Positions 1 to 10,519 of a stretch of 64,000 bases of DNA are shown piece by piece; position 1 is the first letter of the stretch; the number at the start of each line of letters is the position of its first letter. Origin of the DNA: Bacteroidaceae bacterium (GTDB lineage: Bacteria; Bacteroidota; Bacteroidia; Bacteroidales; Bacteroidaceae); the NCBI GenBank assembly GCA_024401305.1, contig JAKSLI010000012.1, positions 2,672 to 66,671 on the forward strand, written 5' to 3'. The notes under the pieces were generated by a model. That model searched no databases. It worked only from the letters and a program-made list of their open reading frames with translations, and was not told the DNA's origin. A program made the position numbers and the translations under genes.

Positions 1-110
1 GTATGGGTAAGGACGATACTCTCTACGCTCTCGTTGACGGAGTTGTAAACTTCCGCAAGGGACGTAAGGATCGTAGCTATGTTTCAGTTATCCCTGAGGC
101 AGAGGCTTAA
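1..110 (+). CDS. rpmA: 50S ribosomal protein L27, 3' part (truncated by window edge)
   Basis: Frame from position 3 reads [35 protein letters not shown], matching the L27 C-terminal G.GKD.TL.AL.DG.V.F motif. Confidence 0.9.
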   Translation, partial: MGKDDTLYALVDGVVNFRKGRKDRSYVSVIPEAEA

Positions 111-174
111 TCTCCTTAATCTATAGGCTACAAACGACCTATACAAATTAAATTTTCTTATTCCAAACAAACAT

Positions 175-205
175 AATCCCATCTCCCTCTTCGGGGGGTG
201 GGATT
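175..205 (+). terminator. Probable intrinsic terminator after rpmA
   Basis: GC-rich hairpin aatcccatctccc-tcttc-ggggggtgggatt with a short T tail. Confidence 0.55.
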
Positions 206-215
206 TCTCATTAGA

Positions 216-363
216 TTCAAGCTTACGCTTGAGGATAAAGGCTAAAGGGTAAAAGCTAAAGGCTTTGGTTCCACATGGAATTCCCTTCTATAGAAGCACT
301 TGAGAGTGCCTTTAGCCTTTAGCTTTTAGCCTTCTGCCTCAAGTTGAGCTTGCGAAACTTGAA
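216..363. repeat. ~148 bp imperfect inverted-repeat element with heptamer (AAGGCTA/AAAGCTA) arms upstream of typA
   Basis: Left arm ...cttgaggataaaggctaaagggtaaaagctaaaggc pairs with right arm gcctttagcctttagcttttagccttctgcctcaag; three mini-hairpins in the loop. Confidence 0.75.
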
Positions 364-369
364 CAAGAC

Positions 370-2172
370 ATGGATATTAGAAACATCGCTATTATCGCTC
401 ACGTTGACCACGGAAAGACTACACTTGTTGACAAGATGATGCTTGCCGGCAATCTCTTCCGCGAAGGTCAGGATTTGAGCGCACAGGTTCTGGATAACAA
501 CGACTTGGAGAGAGAAAGAGGTATTACGATTCTTTCAAAGAACGTATCAATAGATTACAAGGGGACAAAGATTAACATTATAGATACTCCTGGACACTCT
601 GACTTCGGAGGCGAGGTAGAGCGTGTGCTTAACATGGCAGACGGCTGCTTGCTTCTCGTGGATGCGTTTGAGGGTCCTATGCCACAGACTCGCTTCGTGC
701 TTCAGAAGGCACTTGAGATAGGCTTGAAACCGATTGTCGTGGTGAACAAGGTCGATAAGCCAAACTGTCGTCCTGAGGAGGTTTATGAAATGGTTTTCGA
801 CCTCATGTTCTCTCTTAACGCAACAGAGGACCAGCTTGACTTCCCTGTTGTCTATGGCTCGGCAAAGAACGGTTGGATGGGTGAGGATTATAGCACCCCA
901 ACCGACAACATAACTTATCTTCTTGACAAGATCATCGAGGTTATTCCTGCCCCAAAGCAGTTGGAAGGAACGCCTCAGATGCTTATCACTTCACTCGACT
1001 ATTCAAGCTATACTGGTCGTATTGCCGTAGGTCGCGTTCATCGTGGCACATTGGTTGAAGGCATGAATGTAACAATCTGCCATCGTGACGGCACTCAGGA
1101 GAAGACAAAGATTAAGGAACTCCATACATTCAACGGTATGGGGCATGCCAAGACTCACGAAGTAGGATCGGGCGACATCTGCGCCATCATCGGTCTTGAG
1201 AAGTTTGAGATTGGCGATACTATCTGCGATTTCGAGAATCCTGAGGCTATGCCTCCTATCTCCATCGACGAACCAACCATGTCCATGCTTTTCCAGATCA
1301 ACGATTCTCCGTTCTTCGGCAAGGAAGGAAAGTTCGTGACCTCTCGCCATATCAACGATCGTCTTGAGCGTGAACTCGAGAAGAACCTCGCCCTTCGCGT
1401 AGAACCTTTCGAGGATTCTACCGACAAATGGGTTGTTTCCGGTCGTGGTGTGCTTCATCTTTCCGTACTTATCGAGACAATGCGTCGTGAAGGCTACGAA
1501 CTTCAGGTAGGTCAGCCGCAGGTTATCTACAAGGAGATTGATGGCGTAAAGTGCGAACCTATCGAGGAACTCACTATAAACGTGCCTGACGAGTTTGCTT
1601 CGAAGATGATTGATATGGTAACCCGTCGCAAGGGTGACCTGACTTCAATGGAAAGCCAAGGCGAACGTACGAATATTGAATTCGATGTTCCTTCTCGTGG
1701 TATTATCGGCCTGAGAACCAATGTGTTGACGGCTTCTCAGGGTGAGGCTATCATGGCACACCGTTTCAAGGAATATCAGCCATACAAGGGCGAGATTTCA
1801 CGTCGTGTGAACGGTTCGATGATTGCCATGGAAACAGGCACTTCGTTCGCTTATTCAATCGACAAGCTTCAGGACCGCGGCAAGTTCTTCATCGATCCGG
1901 GAGACGAGGTTTACATGGGTGAAGTCGTAGGCGAACACATCCACGATAACGATCTTGTCGTGAATGTCACGAAGGCGAAGCAGCTTACAAACGTTCGTGC
2001 CTCTGGTACTGACGACAAGGCTCGCATCATACCTCGTACGGTACTGTCTCTTGAGGAAGCGCTCGAGTACATCAAGGTTGACGAACTCGTGGAAGTTACT
2101 CCGAAATCCATGCGTATTCGCAAGGTTATTCTCGACCATAATGAGCGTAAAAAGGCAAGCAAGGTTGATTAA
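370..2172 (+). CDS. typA: Translational GTPase TypA/BipA
   Basis: [26 protein letters not shown] and NKVD motifs; C-terminal LTNVRASG and EVTPKS.RIRK. Confidence 0.97.
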   Translation: MDIRNIAIIAHVDHGKTTLVDKMMLAGNLFREGQDLSAQVLDNNDLERERGITILSKNVSIDYKGTKINIIDTPGHSDFGGEVERVLNMADGCLLLVDAFEGPMPQTRFVLQKALEIGLKPIVVVNKVDKPNCRPEEVYEMVFDLMFSLNATEDQLDFPVVYGSAKNGWMGEDYSTPTDNITYLLDKIIEVIPAPKQLEGTPQMLITSLDYSSYTGRIAVGRVHRGTLVEGMNVTICHRDGTQEKTKIKELHTFNGMGHAKTHEVGSGDICAIIGLEKFEIGDTICDFENPEAMPPISIDEPTMSMLFQINDSPFFGKEGKFVTSRHINDRLERELEKNLALRVEPFEDSTDKWVVSGRGVLHLSVLIETMRREGYELQVGQPQVIYKEIDGVKCEPIEELTINVPDEFASKMIDMVTRRKGDLTSMESQGERTNIEFDVPSRGIIGLRTNVLTASQGEAIMAHRFKEYQPYKGEISRRVNGSMIAMETGTSFAYSIDKLQDRGKFFIDPGDEVYMGEVVGEHIHDNDLVVNVTKAKQLTNVRASGTDDKARIIPRTVLSLEEALEYIKVDELVEVTPKSMRIRKVILDHNERKKASKVD

Positions 2173-2250
2173 TTACCATTCTTTTTGGGTATTTTTGCCG
2201 CAATAAGGCAATATTTGGATAAAAAGTCGCGATAATAGTTATTTTTTTCT

Positions 2251-2258
2251 TAACTTTG
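2251..2258 (+). promoter_or_regulatory. Bacteroidota sigma70 -7 element
   Basis: TAACTTTG matches TAnnTTTG, about 60 bp upstream of the PBP1A ATG. Confidence 0.6.
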
Positions 2259-2318
2259 TCGCGATTTTTTAGTGGGTTCTACGGAATCTTTTGTTTAGAA
2301 AAAAGCATTCATTACAAT

Positions 2319-4619
2319 ATGAAGAATAGTATTATCAAGTGGATTTGGATAATGTTTGTGGTCGTAGTCTTACTGATCTCAGGCATTATTGTAGGTGCTT
2401 GGAACGGATGGATTTGCAAGATGCCTGACTTCAAGGCTCTCCAGAATCCTGTTGACGAGTATGCATCTATGGTTTATTCGGCAGACGGCAAGCTTATTGG
2501 CCAGTATAATGTGGCAAGAGCAAACCGCTTGGCTGCAGATTTCCAGGACTTGGGACCTTATCTCGTAGAAGCACTTGTGGCTACAGAGGACGAGCGTTTC
2601 TATGAGCACTCTGGTATTGACGCAAGAGGTCTTGGCCGTGCTATCGTGAAGCGTGGCGTCATGGGCGATGTTTCTGCCGGTGGTGGTTCTACCATTACTC
2701 AGCAGCTTGCCAAGATGCTCTATTCCGATCAGGCTACTTCCGTTACTGACCGTCTTTTCCAGAAGCCTGTAGAATGGCTTATCGCCGTGAAACTTGAGCG
2801 CATGTTCACCAAGGAAGAGATCATCACGATGTATCTTAACCAGTTCAACTTCCTCAACGGAGCTTATGGTATCAAGACTGCTGCTGACATCTACTTCCAG
2901 AAGAAGCCACGCGACTTGACTCGTTCTGAATGTGCCATGTTCATCGGTATGTGCAAGAACCCAAGCTACTACAACCCTAAGCGCTTCCCAGAGCGTACCC
3001 TTGAGCGTCGTAATGTTGTGCTCAAGCAGATGCTCAAGTCTGGCTTCATCACTGAGTCGGAATACCAAAGCGACAAGGCTGAGGAATTGAAACTCAACAT
3101 GAAGCGATTGGCTACACACCGTGAGGGACTTGCTCCTTATTTCCGTGAGTATCTTCGCCATTACATGATGGCAAAGGAACCAAATAGAGCTGATTACCCA
3201 GAATGGCAGAAGGTTCAGTATTGCATTGACTCTGTTCTTTGGGCACGCGACCCTCTCTTCGGTTGGTGTAACAAGAACCACAAGATCAACGGCGAAAACT
3301 ACAACATCTATACTGATGGTTTGATTATCCATACCACAATCGATACTCGTATGCAGAGCTATGCGGAAGATGCTGTGTTTGAGCGTGTTGTAAAGGAACT
3401 TCAGCCTCAGTTCAATCATTTCTGTAGCGGTCTTCGCTATGCTCCGTTCAACAGTAAGGCTTCCAAGCGTGACATCGAGCGCGACATGAATCGCTCTTGG
3501 CAGAATTCTGACCGCTACAAGCGTATGAAGGAAGCTGGCGCTTCTGACGAGGAAATCAAGAAGGTATATACTACGAAGTTCCCGATGAAGCTCTTCTCTT
3601 ACAACGAGCAAGGTTACATCGAGCAGACCATGACTCCTGAGGATTCTATCCGCTACATGAAGAAGTTCTTGCGTGCAGGTTTCGTAAGTATGGATCCTTC
3701 AACAGGTGATGTCAAGGCGTATGTAGGTGGTACAGACTTCGGTGCGTTCGGTTACGATATGGCAGGTCAGGGTCGTCGTCAGGTTGGTTCTACCATGAAG
3801 CCTTTCCTCTACTCTTTGATGGTACAGAACGGCATGAGTCCTTGTGACCAGGTGTCAAATGTTCGCAAGAGCTATGGCGGCTGGTGTCCAAAGGGCGGTG
3901 GCGGTGGTGGTACCGTACCACTCAAGACAGGTCTTGCCCAGTCTAACAATACTGTTGCTGCTTACCTCATGAGCTTGATCGACCCTCGCGATTTCCTCTC
4001 ATGGCTCGACCTCTTTGAGATTCCTACATTCTATCAGACTCCAAGTATGGCTCTTTGCCTTGGCCCTCTCGAAATCTCGGTTCTTAACCTGATAAGTGGT
4101 TATACAACCTTCGTTAACAACGGTATCCACATGTCTCCACGATTGGTTACAAAGATTACCGACCAGCAGGGCAACCTCATCGCAGAGTTCTCTCCTCGAA
4201 TGAACGAGATTCTCTCTCAGGAAAGCGCTTGGAAGATGCTTGTCATGATGAAGGGCGTAACTCATAATGGTACAGCAAGACGCTTGCTCAGCATGGGCTT
4301 CTCTGGTGATTTCGGTGGTAAGACTGGTACTACGAATGACTGTACAGACTTCTGGTATGTAGGCGTAACTCCAAAGCTCGTCTCAGGCGGATGGGTTGGT
4401 GGTGAAGAGCGTGACATCCACTTCAATACTGGCCAGGGTGCGGAAATGTCTCTCCCTATGTGGGCCAAGTACATGAAGAAGGTCTATGCAGACCAATCGC
4501 TCGGAATTTCCATGGCCGACACATTCTCTATGCCAAAGAACTACGACGGCTGTGAGAAGGAAAAGAGCAAGAATCGCGACGAAGACGATCGCACAAGCAT
4601 TTCTGATATCTTTGAATAG
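2319..4619 (+). CDS. Class A penicillin-binding protein (PBP1A, transglycosylase/transpeptidase)
   Basis: N-terminal TM helix; GT51 motifs TEDERFYEHSG and GGSTITQQLAK; transpeptidase STMK, SNN, KTGT. Start moved to ATG 2319, downstream of the promoter. Confidence 0.93.
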   Translation: MKNSIIKWIWIMFVVVVLLISGIIVGAWNGWICKMPDFKALQNPVDEYASMVYSADGKLIGQYNVARANRLAADFQDLGPYLVEALVATEDERFYEHSGIDARGLGRAIVKRGVMGDVSAGGGSTITQQLAKMLYSDQATSVTDRLFQKPVEWLIAVKLERMFTKEEIITMYLNQFNFLNGAYGIKTAADIYFQKKPRDLTRSECAMFIGMCKNPSYYNPKRFPERTLERRNVVLKQMLKSGFITESEYQSDKAEELKLNMKRLATHREGLAPYFREYLRHYMMAKEPNRADYPEWQKVQYCIDSVLWARDPLFGWCNKNHKINGENYNIYTDGLIIHTTIDTRMQSYAEDAVFERVVKELQPQFNHFCSGLRYAPFNSKASKRDIERDMNRSWQNSDRYKRMKEAGASDEEIKKVYTTKFPMKLFSYNEQGYIEQTMTPEDSIRYMKKFLRAGFVSMDPSTGDVKAYVGGTDFGAFGYDMAGQGRRQVGSTMKPFLYSLMVQNGMSPCDQVSNVRKSYGGWCPKGGGGGGTVPLKTGLAQSNNTVAAYLMSLIDPRDFLSWLDLFEIPTFYQTPSMALCLGPLEISVLNLISGYTTFVNNGIHMSPRLVTKITDQQGNLIAEFSPRMNEILSQESAWKMLVMMKGVTHNGTARRLLSMGFSGDFGGKTGTTNDCTDFWYVGVTPKLVSGGWVGGEERDIHFNTGQGAEMSLPMWAKYMKKVYADQSLGISMADTFSMPKNYDGCEKEKSKNRDEDDRTSISDIFE

Positions 4620-4645
4620 AAAAAATAAAAAGAACATAAAAATAT

Positions 4646-6127
4646 ATGGCAGAATTAAAAGAATTGACCAAAAGAGCTGATAATTACAGCCAATGGTATA
4701 ACGACCTTATTGTAAAGGCTGACCTCGCAGAGCAGTCGGCTGTGCGTGGATGTATGGTTATCAAGCCTTACGGATATGCAATATGGGAGAAGATGCAGCA
4801 GCAGCTTGACAAGATGTTCAAGGAAACTGGTGCCGTTAACGCATATTTCCCACTTCTCATCCCAAAATCATTCCTTTCTCGTGAGGCTGAACATGTAGAA
4901 GGTTTCGCAAAGGAATGTGCTGTTGTTACTCACTATCGTCTTCGCGCTAAGGAAGATAAGAGTGGAGTAGAGGTTGACCCTGCAGCAAAGCTTGAGGAAG
5001 AACTCATCGTTCGCCCAACTTCTGAGACAATCATCTGGAATACATACAAGAACTGGATTCACTCTTGGCGCGATCTGCCTTTGATGTGCAACCAATGGTG
5101 TAATGTAATGCGTTGGGAGATGCGTACTCGTCCTTTCCTTCGCACATCGGAATTCCTCTGGCAGGAAGGCCACACAGCTCACGCAACTCGCGAGGAAGCT
5201 GAGGCAGAGGCACAGAAGATGCTTGGCGTTTACGCTAAGTTTGCCGAGGAATGGATGGCTGTTCCTGTTGTTCAGGGTGTCAAGAGTGAGACAGAGCGTT
5301 TCGCTGGTGCCCTTGACACATACACAATCGAGGCAATGATGCAGGATGGTAAGGCTCTCCAGAGCGGTACATCTCACTTCCTTGGTCAGAACTTCGCAAA
5401 GGCTTTCGAGGTAACTTATCTTACAAAGGAAAACAAGCCTGAGTATGTTTGGGCTACATCTTGGGGTGTTTCTACTCGTCTTATTGGTGCGCTCATCATG
5501 ACTCACTCTGACGATAACGGTCTTGTACTTCCTCCACGTCTCGCTCCGCTTCAGGTGGTTATCGTACCTATCAGCAAGGGCGAGAAGCTTCAGGCTATCT
5601 CTGAGAAGCTTGCTCCTGTAATCGAGAAGCTCAAGGCTGCCGGCATTACTGTAAAGTATGATGATGCCGACAACAAACGCCCTGGATTCAAGTTCGCAGA
5701 ATACGAGCTCAAGGGTGTTCCTGTACGTCTTGTTATGGGTAATCGTGACCTTGAGAACGGCACTATCGAAGTTATGCGTCGTGATACTCTCGAGAAGGAA
5801 ACTCGCTCGGTAGATGGTATCGCGGAATATGTTATCGAACTTCTTGAGGACATCCAGAAAAACATCTTCAACAAGGCTCTCACAGCTCGCGACGAGAAGA
5901 TCTACACTTGCTCTGACTCCGAAGAGTTCAAGACTAACGCTAAGGATGGTGGTTTCTTCTACTGCCCATGGGATGGAACAGCAGAAACAGAAGCAAAGAT
6001 CAAGGAAGAAACACAGGCTACAATCCGTTGTGTGCCTTTCCACATCCCACAGCCAGAAAATCTCGGCGTAGATATGGTAACAGGTGCTCCTGCTAAGCAG
6101 TGGGTTATTATTGCAAGAAGTTATTAA
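4646..6127 (+). CDS. proS: Proline--tRNA ligase (archaeal/eukaryote-like type)
   Basis: [45 protein letters not shown]; C-terminal ARSY. Confidence 0.97.
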   Translation: MAELKELTKRADNYSQWYNDLIVKADLAEQSAVRGCMVIKPYGYAIWEKMQQQLDKMFKETGAVNAYFPLLIPKSFLSREAEHVEGFAKECAVVTHYRLRAKEDKSGVEVDPAAKLEEELIVRPTSETIIWNTYKNWIHSWRDLPLMCNQWCNVMRWEMRTRPFLRTSEFLWQEGHTAHATREEAEAEAQKMLGVYAKFAEEWMAVPVVQGVKSETERFAGALDTYTIEAMMQDGKALQSGTSHFLGQNFAKAFEVTYLTKENKPEYVWATSWGVSTRLIGALIMTHSDDNGLVLPPRLAPLQVVIVPISKGEKLQAISEKLAPVIEKLKAAGITVKYDDADNKRPGFKFAEYELKGVPVRLVMGNRDLENGTIEVMRRDTLEKETRSVDGIAEYVIELLEDIQKNIFNKALTARDEKIYTCSDSEEFKTNAKDGGFFYCPWDGTAETEAKIKEETQATIRCVPFHIPQPENLGVDMVTGAPAKQWVIIARSY

Positions 6128-6154
6128 TTTGAACGAAATAAAAACTGATATAAA

Positions 6155-6421
6155 ATGAAGATTAAAGAAGGTTTCAACATCCGTCAGCTTTGTGGCGAGA
6201 ATATCGTTGTTGCAGAAGGCGAAGCGAATATTGATTTCTCAGTCGTTATTAGCGTTAACGAGACTGCTGCCCACATCTGGAAAGCAGTTGCTGGTAAGGA
6301 TTTTACAGTAGAAGACATGGCAGATTCTCTCCTTGCTGAATATGAGGTTGACAAGGAAACTGCACTTGCTGACTGCAAGGCTCTTGCTGAAAAGTGGCAG
6401 GAAGTTGGTATTCTTGAATAA
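6155..6421 (+). CDS. PqqD-family protein (RiPP recognition element)
   Basis: 88 aa; three beta strands then SVNETAAHIW and L.AEYEVD.ETA.AD helices, typical of the PqqD/RRE fold. Confidence 0.85.
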   Translation: MKIKEGFNIRQLCGENIVVAEGEANIDFSVVISVNETAAHIWKAVAGKDFTVEDMADSLLAEYEVDKETALADCKALAEKWQEVGILE

Positions 6422-6464
6422 TTTCCCTAACCGCTTTTGAATAAAATAATTTGCTCAAGAACTT

Positions 6465-7340
6465 ATGTATTTTAGCATAGCAGAACATATTGTAGAGGTA
6501 TCGGCAGCAGACAAAGCTGTCGATATCTTGTCGATTGTTCCTTCACTACGCCCTTTCATCATTCCTGACACAAGCGAGAAGCCTGTTCTTTCCGTTAAGC
6601 TTGTTGATGAGTTGCGCTCTGACATAGAGTTTCGCGAGATAGGCAACTTCGACACAGGCAACGGCCACACAAAGGTTGAGAAGAACGATGCTACAGGCGA
6701 GTATCAGTTTACCATCCGAAATATCGATGAGACTGATGTCTGCCTTCTTCAGACAAATGGCGACTACTCGGAATGTTTCTGCAAGATGGTAGGAAATGAG
6801 TTCCTGCTTTCTTATGGTGTGAACTCCGTTCTCATGATAACCTACGCCTTTGCTACTGCCCGCTATCAGACTTTGCTCATTCACGCTTCATGCGTTAAGC
6901 AGGGTGATTATGCCTATTGCTTTATCGCGAAGAGCGGAACTGGTAAATCTACTCAGGTAAGTAACTGGCTTAAGCATATCCCTGGCTGTGAACTACTTAA
7001 CGATGATAATCCTATTGTTCGTGTTATCGACGGCAAGGCGTATGTTTACGGTTCTCCATGGAGCGGAAAGACTCCTTGCTATCGTAATCGCAAGGCATAT
7101 CTTGGTGCAGTTACACGCATAGAACGAGACACGGAAAACAAGGTTGTGCGTCAGAAGCCTATCGAGGCTTTCGCGTCTTTCCTTCCTTCATGCTCTACGA
7201 TGAAGTGGGAGTCAAAGCTCTATAACGATGTGATGGACACAATCTCCAAGATTATCGAGACGACAGGCCTTTACACTCTCCATTGCCTTCCTGACAAGGA
7301 GTCGGCAGAAGTATGTAACGCAGCAATAGCTGTTAAATAA
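6465..7340 (+). CDS. HPr-kinase/PEPCK-like P-loop kinase (lasso peptide kinase-like)
   Basis: LIHASCV (conserved His), Walker A AKSGTGKST, LLNDD, YGSPWSGK. Confidence 0.8.
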   Translation: MYFSIAEHIVEVSAADKAVDILSIVPSLRPFIIPDTSEKPVLSVKLVDELRSDIEFREIGNFDTGNGHTKVEKNDATGEYQFTIRNIDETDVCLLQTNGDYSECFCKMVGNEFLLSYGVNSVLMITYAFATARYQTLLIHASCVKQGDYAYCFIAKSGTGKSTQVSNWLKHIPGCELLNDDNPIVRVIDGKAYVYGSPWSGKTPCYRNRKAYLGAVTRIERDTENKVVRQKPIEAFASFLPSCSTMKWESKLYNDVMDTISKIIETTGLYTLHCLPDKESAEVCNAAIAVK

Positions 7341-7372
7341 TAATAGGTGGTAATTTGTCGAATCCACCTTAA

Positions 7373-7870
7373 ATGAATATGGAATTAAGCAATTCGGAAT
7401 TTCTGCCTTTGGCAATCTCATACCTTGAGACCAAAGAAAGCGTAAAGATACCTTTGAAGGGCTATAGCATGCGTCCGTTCCTTGAGAGCGAACGCGACTA
7501 TGCTCTTCTTGGCAAGCCTCATGCCCCAATCGTCGGAGAACCTGTTCTCGTGCTTCTTCCTGACCAGCGTTGGGTATTGCACAGAATAGTAAAGGTTGAG
7601 GGCGAAAATCTCACGCTCCTTGGCGACGGAAACTTCCTTCCCGAATATTGCAAGGTTTCCGATATCAAGGCGTCCATAATAGGATTCTATCGCAAAGGTC
7701 GCAATACCATTGATCGTGTTGATGGAAAGAAATGGAAGATTTATTCATTCTTCTGGACTCGCCTTTACCCAATTCGTCGCTATCTCCTCTTCATTTACCG
7801 AGGCTATCTGAAGATATTCATTCAGCATAAATGGCCAGAAAGTCTCAAACCTAAGAGCATGAGGAAATAG
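7373..7870 (+). CDS. S24/S26-family peptidase (Ser-His, SipW/ER-type motifs)
   Basis: GYSMRPFL (catalytic Ser), VLHRI (His), LGDGN; no N-terminal TM helix; basic/aromatic C-terminal helix. Start may be 7379. Confidence 0.8.
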   Translation: MNMELSNSEFLPLAISYLETKESVKIPLKGYSMRPFLESERDYALLGKPHAPIVGEPVLVLLPDQRWVLHRIVKVEGENLTLLGDGNFLPEYCKVSDIKASIIGFYRKGRNTIDRVDGKKWKIYSFFWTRLYPIRRYLLFIYRGYLKIFIQHKWPESLKPKSMRK

Positions 7871-7907
7871 TTTAACCCGCGAAACTTTAATTAATAAATA
7901 ACCACAT

Positions 7908-10469
7908 TTGAAAAACACTCTGAGACATATCCTAATATGTTTTCTCCTCAGCATACTCACACCAACAATAGCTAATGCCCAGCGCGATTCTATTCCCGAA
8001 TTGCGGTTCATGGGCGTTATTGTTGACGAGGAAACTGGCGACAGCATACAACTTGCCAGCATGAAGTATGCGAAGTTGGGAGAAACATACATGTCGGATA
8101 TGCTCGGAAGGTTTGATATTCCGAAGAGAGAGAAGAACCAGATTATCATTTCAGCCATAGGCTACAAGTCACAACGAATTACGATAGACGATAGTACGCC
8201 GACGCATTTGCGTATAGAACTAAAGCCAGATTCGCGCCATCTCAAGCAAGTGGAGGTACGAGCAAAGAAACGAAAGTATTCGCGAAAGGAGAATCCTGCC
8301 GTGGAACTTATGCGAAGAGTTGTGGCTGCCAATAAGGCAAACAATCTGAAGAAAACACACGAATTCTACCGCTACAACAACTATCAGAAACTAACTCTTG
8401 CCATAAATGATGTGAATCCTTCTGAGCTTACGAAGGAGAAGAATGTAGAGAAGCGCCAATGGTACCTCAACCAACTCACAATATGCCCGGAAAACGGCAA
8501 ACTCATACTTCCCGTTAACATGGAAGAGAGCGTCACGGAAGAACTCTATAGCAGGGAAACTGATACGGAACGTTCTGTGCTTCTTGGACAGAAAACGGAA
8601 GGTGTGAACAAACTTCTCGAGACGGGTCATGTGGTGAACAGACTACTCGATGACATCTTTACCGATATAGATCTCTATCAGAATCAGGTGCGTTTGCTTC
8701 AGTATCCTTTTACTTCTCCAATCGGTTCAAGTGCAGTTAACTTTTATCGATACTATCTCGTTGATACTCTGATGATTGGCGATGATCGCTGCATCCATCT
8801 TGAGTTTCTTCCAAACAATCAGCAAGACTTCGGTTTCCGTGGTGATCTCTATGTTCTTGATGACTCTACTTTGCATGTTCGTCGTTGCGATTTGACTATT
8901 CCGAAGAAGAGCGATGTAAACTGGGTGCAGAACATAAAGATAAATCTTGAATACGAAAAGCTTCCTACTTCAGAATGGGTGCTCACACGCGACGATATGT
9001 TCTGTGAACTCTCCCTAACCGACTTCCTGACGAAGACGGCTGTTTTTCGTACCACAAGGCGCACGGACTATTCTTTTGAAGCCATTCCTTCATCAATGTT
9101 CGAAGGCTTTGGCAAGGAACGAAAGCATCCTGACTATAACAAGCGCGACGAAGCTTTCTGGACGCGTTATCGTACAGCCTATCTCACGGATGGCGAACTT
9201 CACATGGCTGATTTCGTGAAGGGAATGAGAAAATCAAAGGGTTTCGGATTCCTGCTTACGGCCTTCAAACTTGCTACGGAAAATTTCATAGAACTTGGCA
9301 ACGAACAACACCCAAGCAAGGTGGATATTGGTCCGCTAAACACTCTTCTCTCTTACAATTTTATTGACGGTTTGCGCACTCGTGTAGGTCTTTCTACGAC
9401 TGCTCATTTCTCCAAGCATATCTTTGTAAAAGGTTATGCAGCAAGGGGTTGGAAGAGTGAGAAGAATTACTATAATGTTGATCTTGCTTACTCGTTCAAC
9501 GCAAAGGAGCGAACCTTGAATGAATATCCGAAACGCAAGATTACCTTCACATCCGCTTATGACAATATGTCGCCTTCAAACCGTTTTGGCGTTCATGACA
9601 AGGACAATATTTTCACCATGCTGAAATGGACTAAGGATGAAAACAAGATATTCTATAACCTGAAGCAAATTGCCTTCGATTGGGAACAGTATGGCGGCAT
9701 GGAATATATGCTCCATTATCGTTGGGAGAAGCAGAAAGGAGTAGGAAACATAGAGTTCCCGAACATGAATCTGAGCGAGGTGAAATTCGGCATCCGTTAT
9801 GCTCCTGGTGAGAATACTGTTGAGACAAAGCGTCGCAGAGTGAAAATAAACCAAGATAACCCAATCTACGAACTCTCGCATACCGTTGGTTTCGACGGTT
9901 TTCTGGGTGGTACACATCGCTACAACACAACTGTAGCGTCCATTTACAACCGCTTCTGGCTAAACAGTTGGGGCAAGCTAACCGTGCTTCTGAAAGGCTC
10001 TGCCCAATGGAACAAAGTGCCGTATATGCTCCTTCTCCAAGCCCCAGCAAACACCTCTTACATAATGCAGCGAAACACTTTCTCGCTCATGAACGAGATG
10101 GAATTCCTTACGGATAGGAACGCTATGCTCGATGCCGGGTGGGATCTGAACGGAAAAATACTCAACCGCATCCCACTATTGAAGAAACTCAAGTGGCGCG
10201 AGTTTATTGGCTTCAAATGCTTTTGGGGAACCGTGACTGAAAAGAATAAGCCTACCAGTCTTTCAACTACCACATCCGAAGTAACGGAAAGCTCATGGCC
10301 AGTAGGCGTTCGTATGCTCGACAGCAAGAAACCTTACATGGAATTCTCTGCCGGTTTCCATAATGTTTTCAAATTCTTCGACATCCAGTATGTCCGCCGT
10401 CTGAACTATACCGAATTTGATAATATACAGAAGCAAGGCATCCGCGTAAAGTTTGAGATGACGTTTTAA
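7908..10469 (+). CDS. DUF5686 + carboxypeptidase-regulatory-like domain outer-membrane protein
   Basis: Signal peptide; G.IVDEETGD..SAIGY domain; ENPAVELMRRV motif; beta-barrel-type C-terminal Phe (KFEMTF); TTG start. Confidence 0.8.
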   Translation: MKNTLRHILICFLLSILTPTIANAQRDSIPELRFMGVIVDEETGDSIQLASMKYAKLGETYMSDMLGRFDIPKREKNQIIISAIGYKSQRITIDDSTPTHLRIELKPDSRHLKQVEVRAKKRKYSRKENPAVELMRRVVAANKANNLKKTHEFYRYNNYQKLTLAINDVNPSELTKEKNVEKRQWYLNQLTICPENGKLILPVNMEESVTEELYSRETDTERSVLLGQKTEGVNKLLETGHVVNRLLDDIFTDIDLYQNQVRLLQYPFTSPIGSSAVNFYRYYLVDTLMIGDDRCIHLEFLPNNQQDFGFRGDLYVLDDSTLHVRRCDLTIPKKSDVNWVQNIKINLEYEKLPTSEWVLTRDDMFCELSLTDFLTKTAVFRTTRRTDYSFEAIPSSMFEGFGKERKHPDYNKRDEAFWTRYRTAYLTDGELHMADFVKGMRKSKGFGFLLTAFKLATENFIELGNEQHPSKVDIGPLNTLLSYNFIDGLRTRVGLSTTAHFSKHIFVKGYAARGWKSEKNYYNVDLAYSFNAKERTLNEYPKRKITFTSAYDNMSPSNRFGVHDKDNIFTMLKWTKDENKIFYNLKQIAFDWEQYGGMEYMLHYRWEKQKGVGNIEFPNMNLSEVKFGIRYAPGENTVETKRRRVKINQDNPIYELSHTVGFDGFLGGTHRYNTTVASIYNRFWLNSWGKLTVLLKGSAQWNKVPYMLLLQAPANTSYIMQRNTFSLMNEMEFLTDRNAMLDAGWDLNGKILNRIPLLKKLKWREFIGFKCFWGTVTEKNKPTSLSTTTSEVTESSWPVGVRMLDSKKPYMEFSAGFHNVFKFFDIQYVRRLNYTEFDNIQKQGIRVKFEMTF

Positions 10470-10519
10470 TTCATCTCCTTTTGTTGTGAGTGAATGCTGT
10501 GATTATTGCTGTATTAATG

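Noticed and set aside
2256-2318. Upstream start extensions in the ORF track (also at 16549, 27591, 38073, 38146, 57625, 59931 and 63942)
   Set aside because: They overlap promoter motifs, repeats or upstream genes; downstream ATGs fit the family N-termini better.
3893-3911. Poly-Gly tract in PBP1A as a phase-variable repeat
   Set aside because: Mixed GGC/GGT codons in frame suggest a flexible loop rather than a slippage tract.
2379-6043. Long antisense ORFs (410 aa and 391 aa) opposite PBP1A and proS
   Set aside because: They are shadow frames of well-supported genes with no recognisable motifs.
6128-7907. Complete lasso peptide gene cluster
   Set aside because: No asparagine-synthetase-like cyclase, B2 peptidase or precursor is present; only the RRE, kinase and S26 peptidase.
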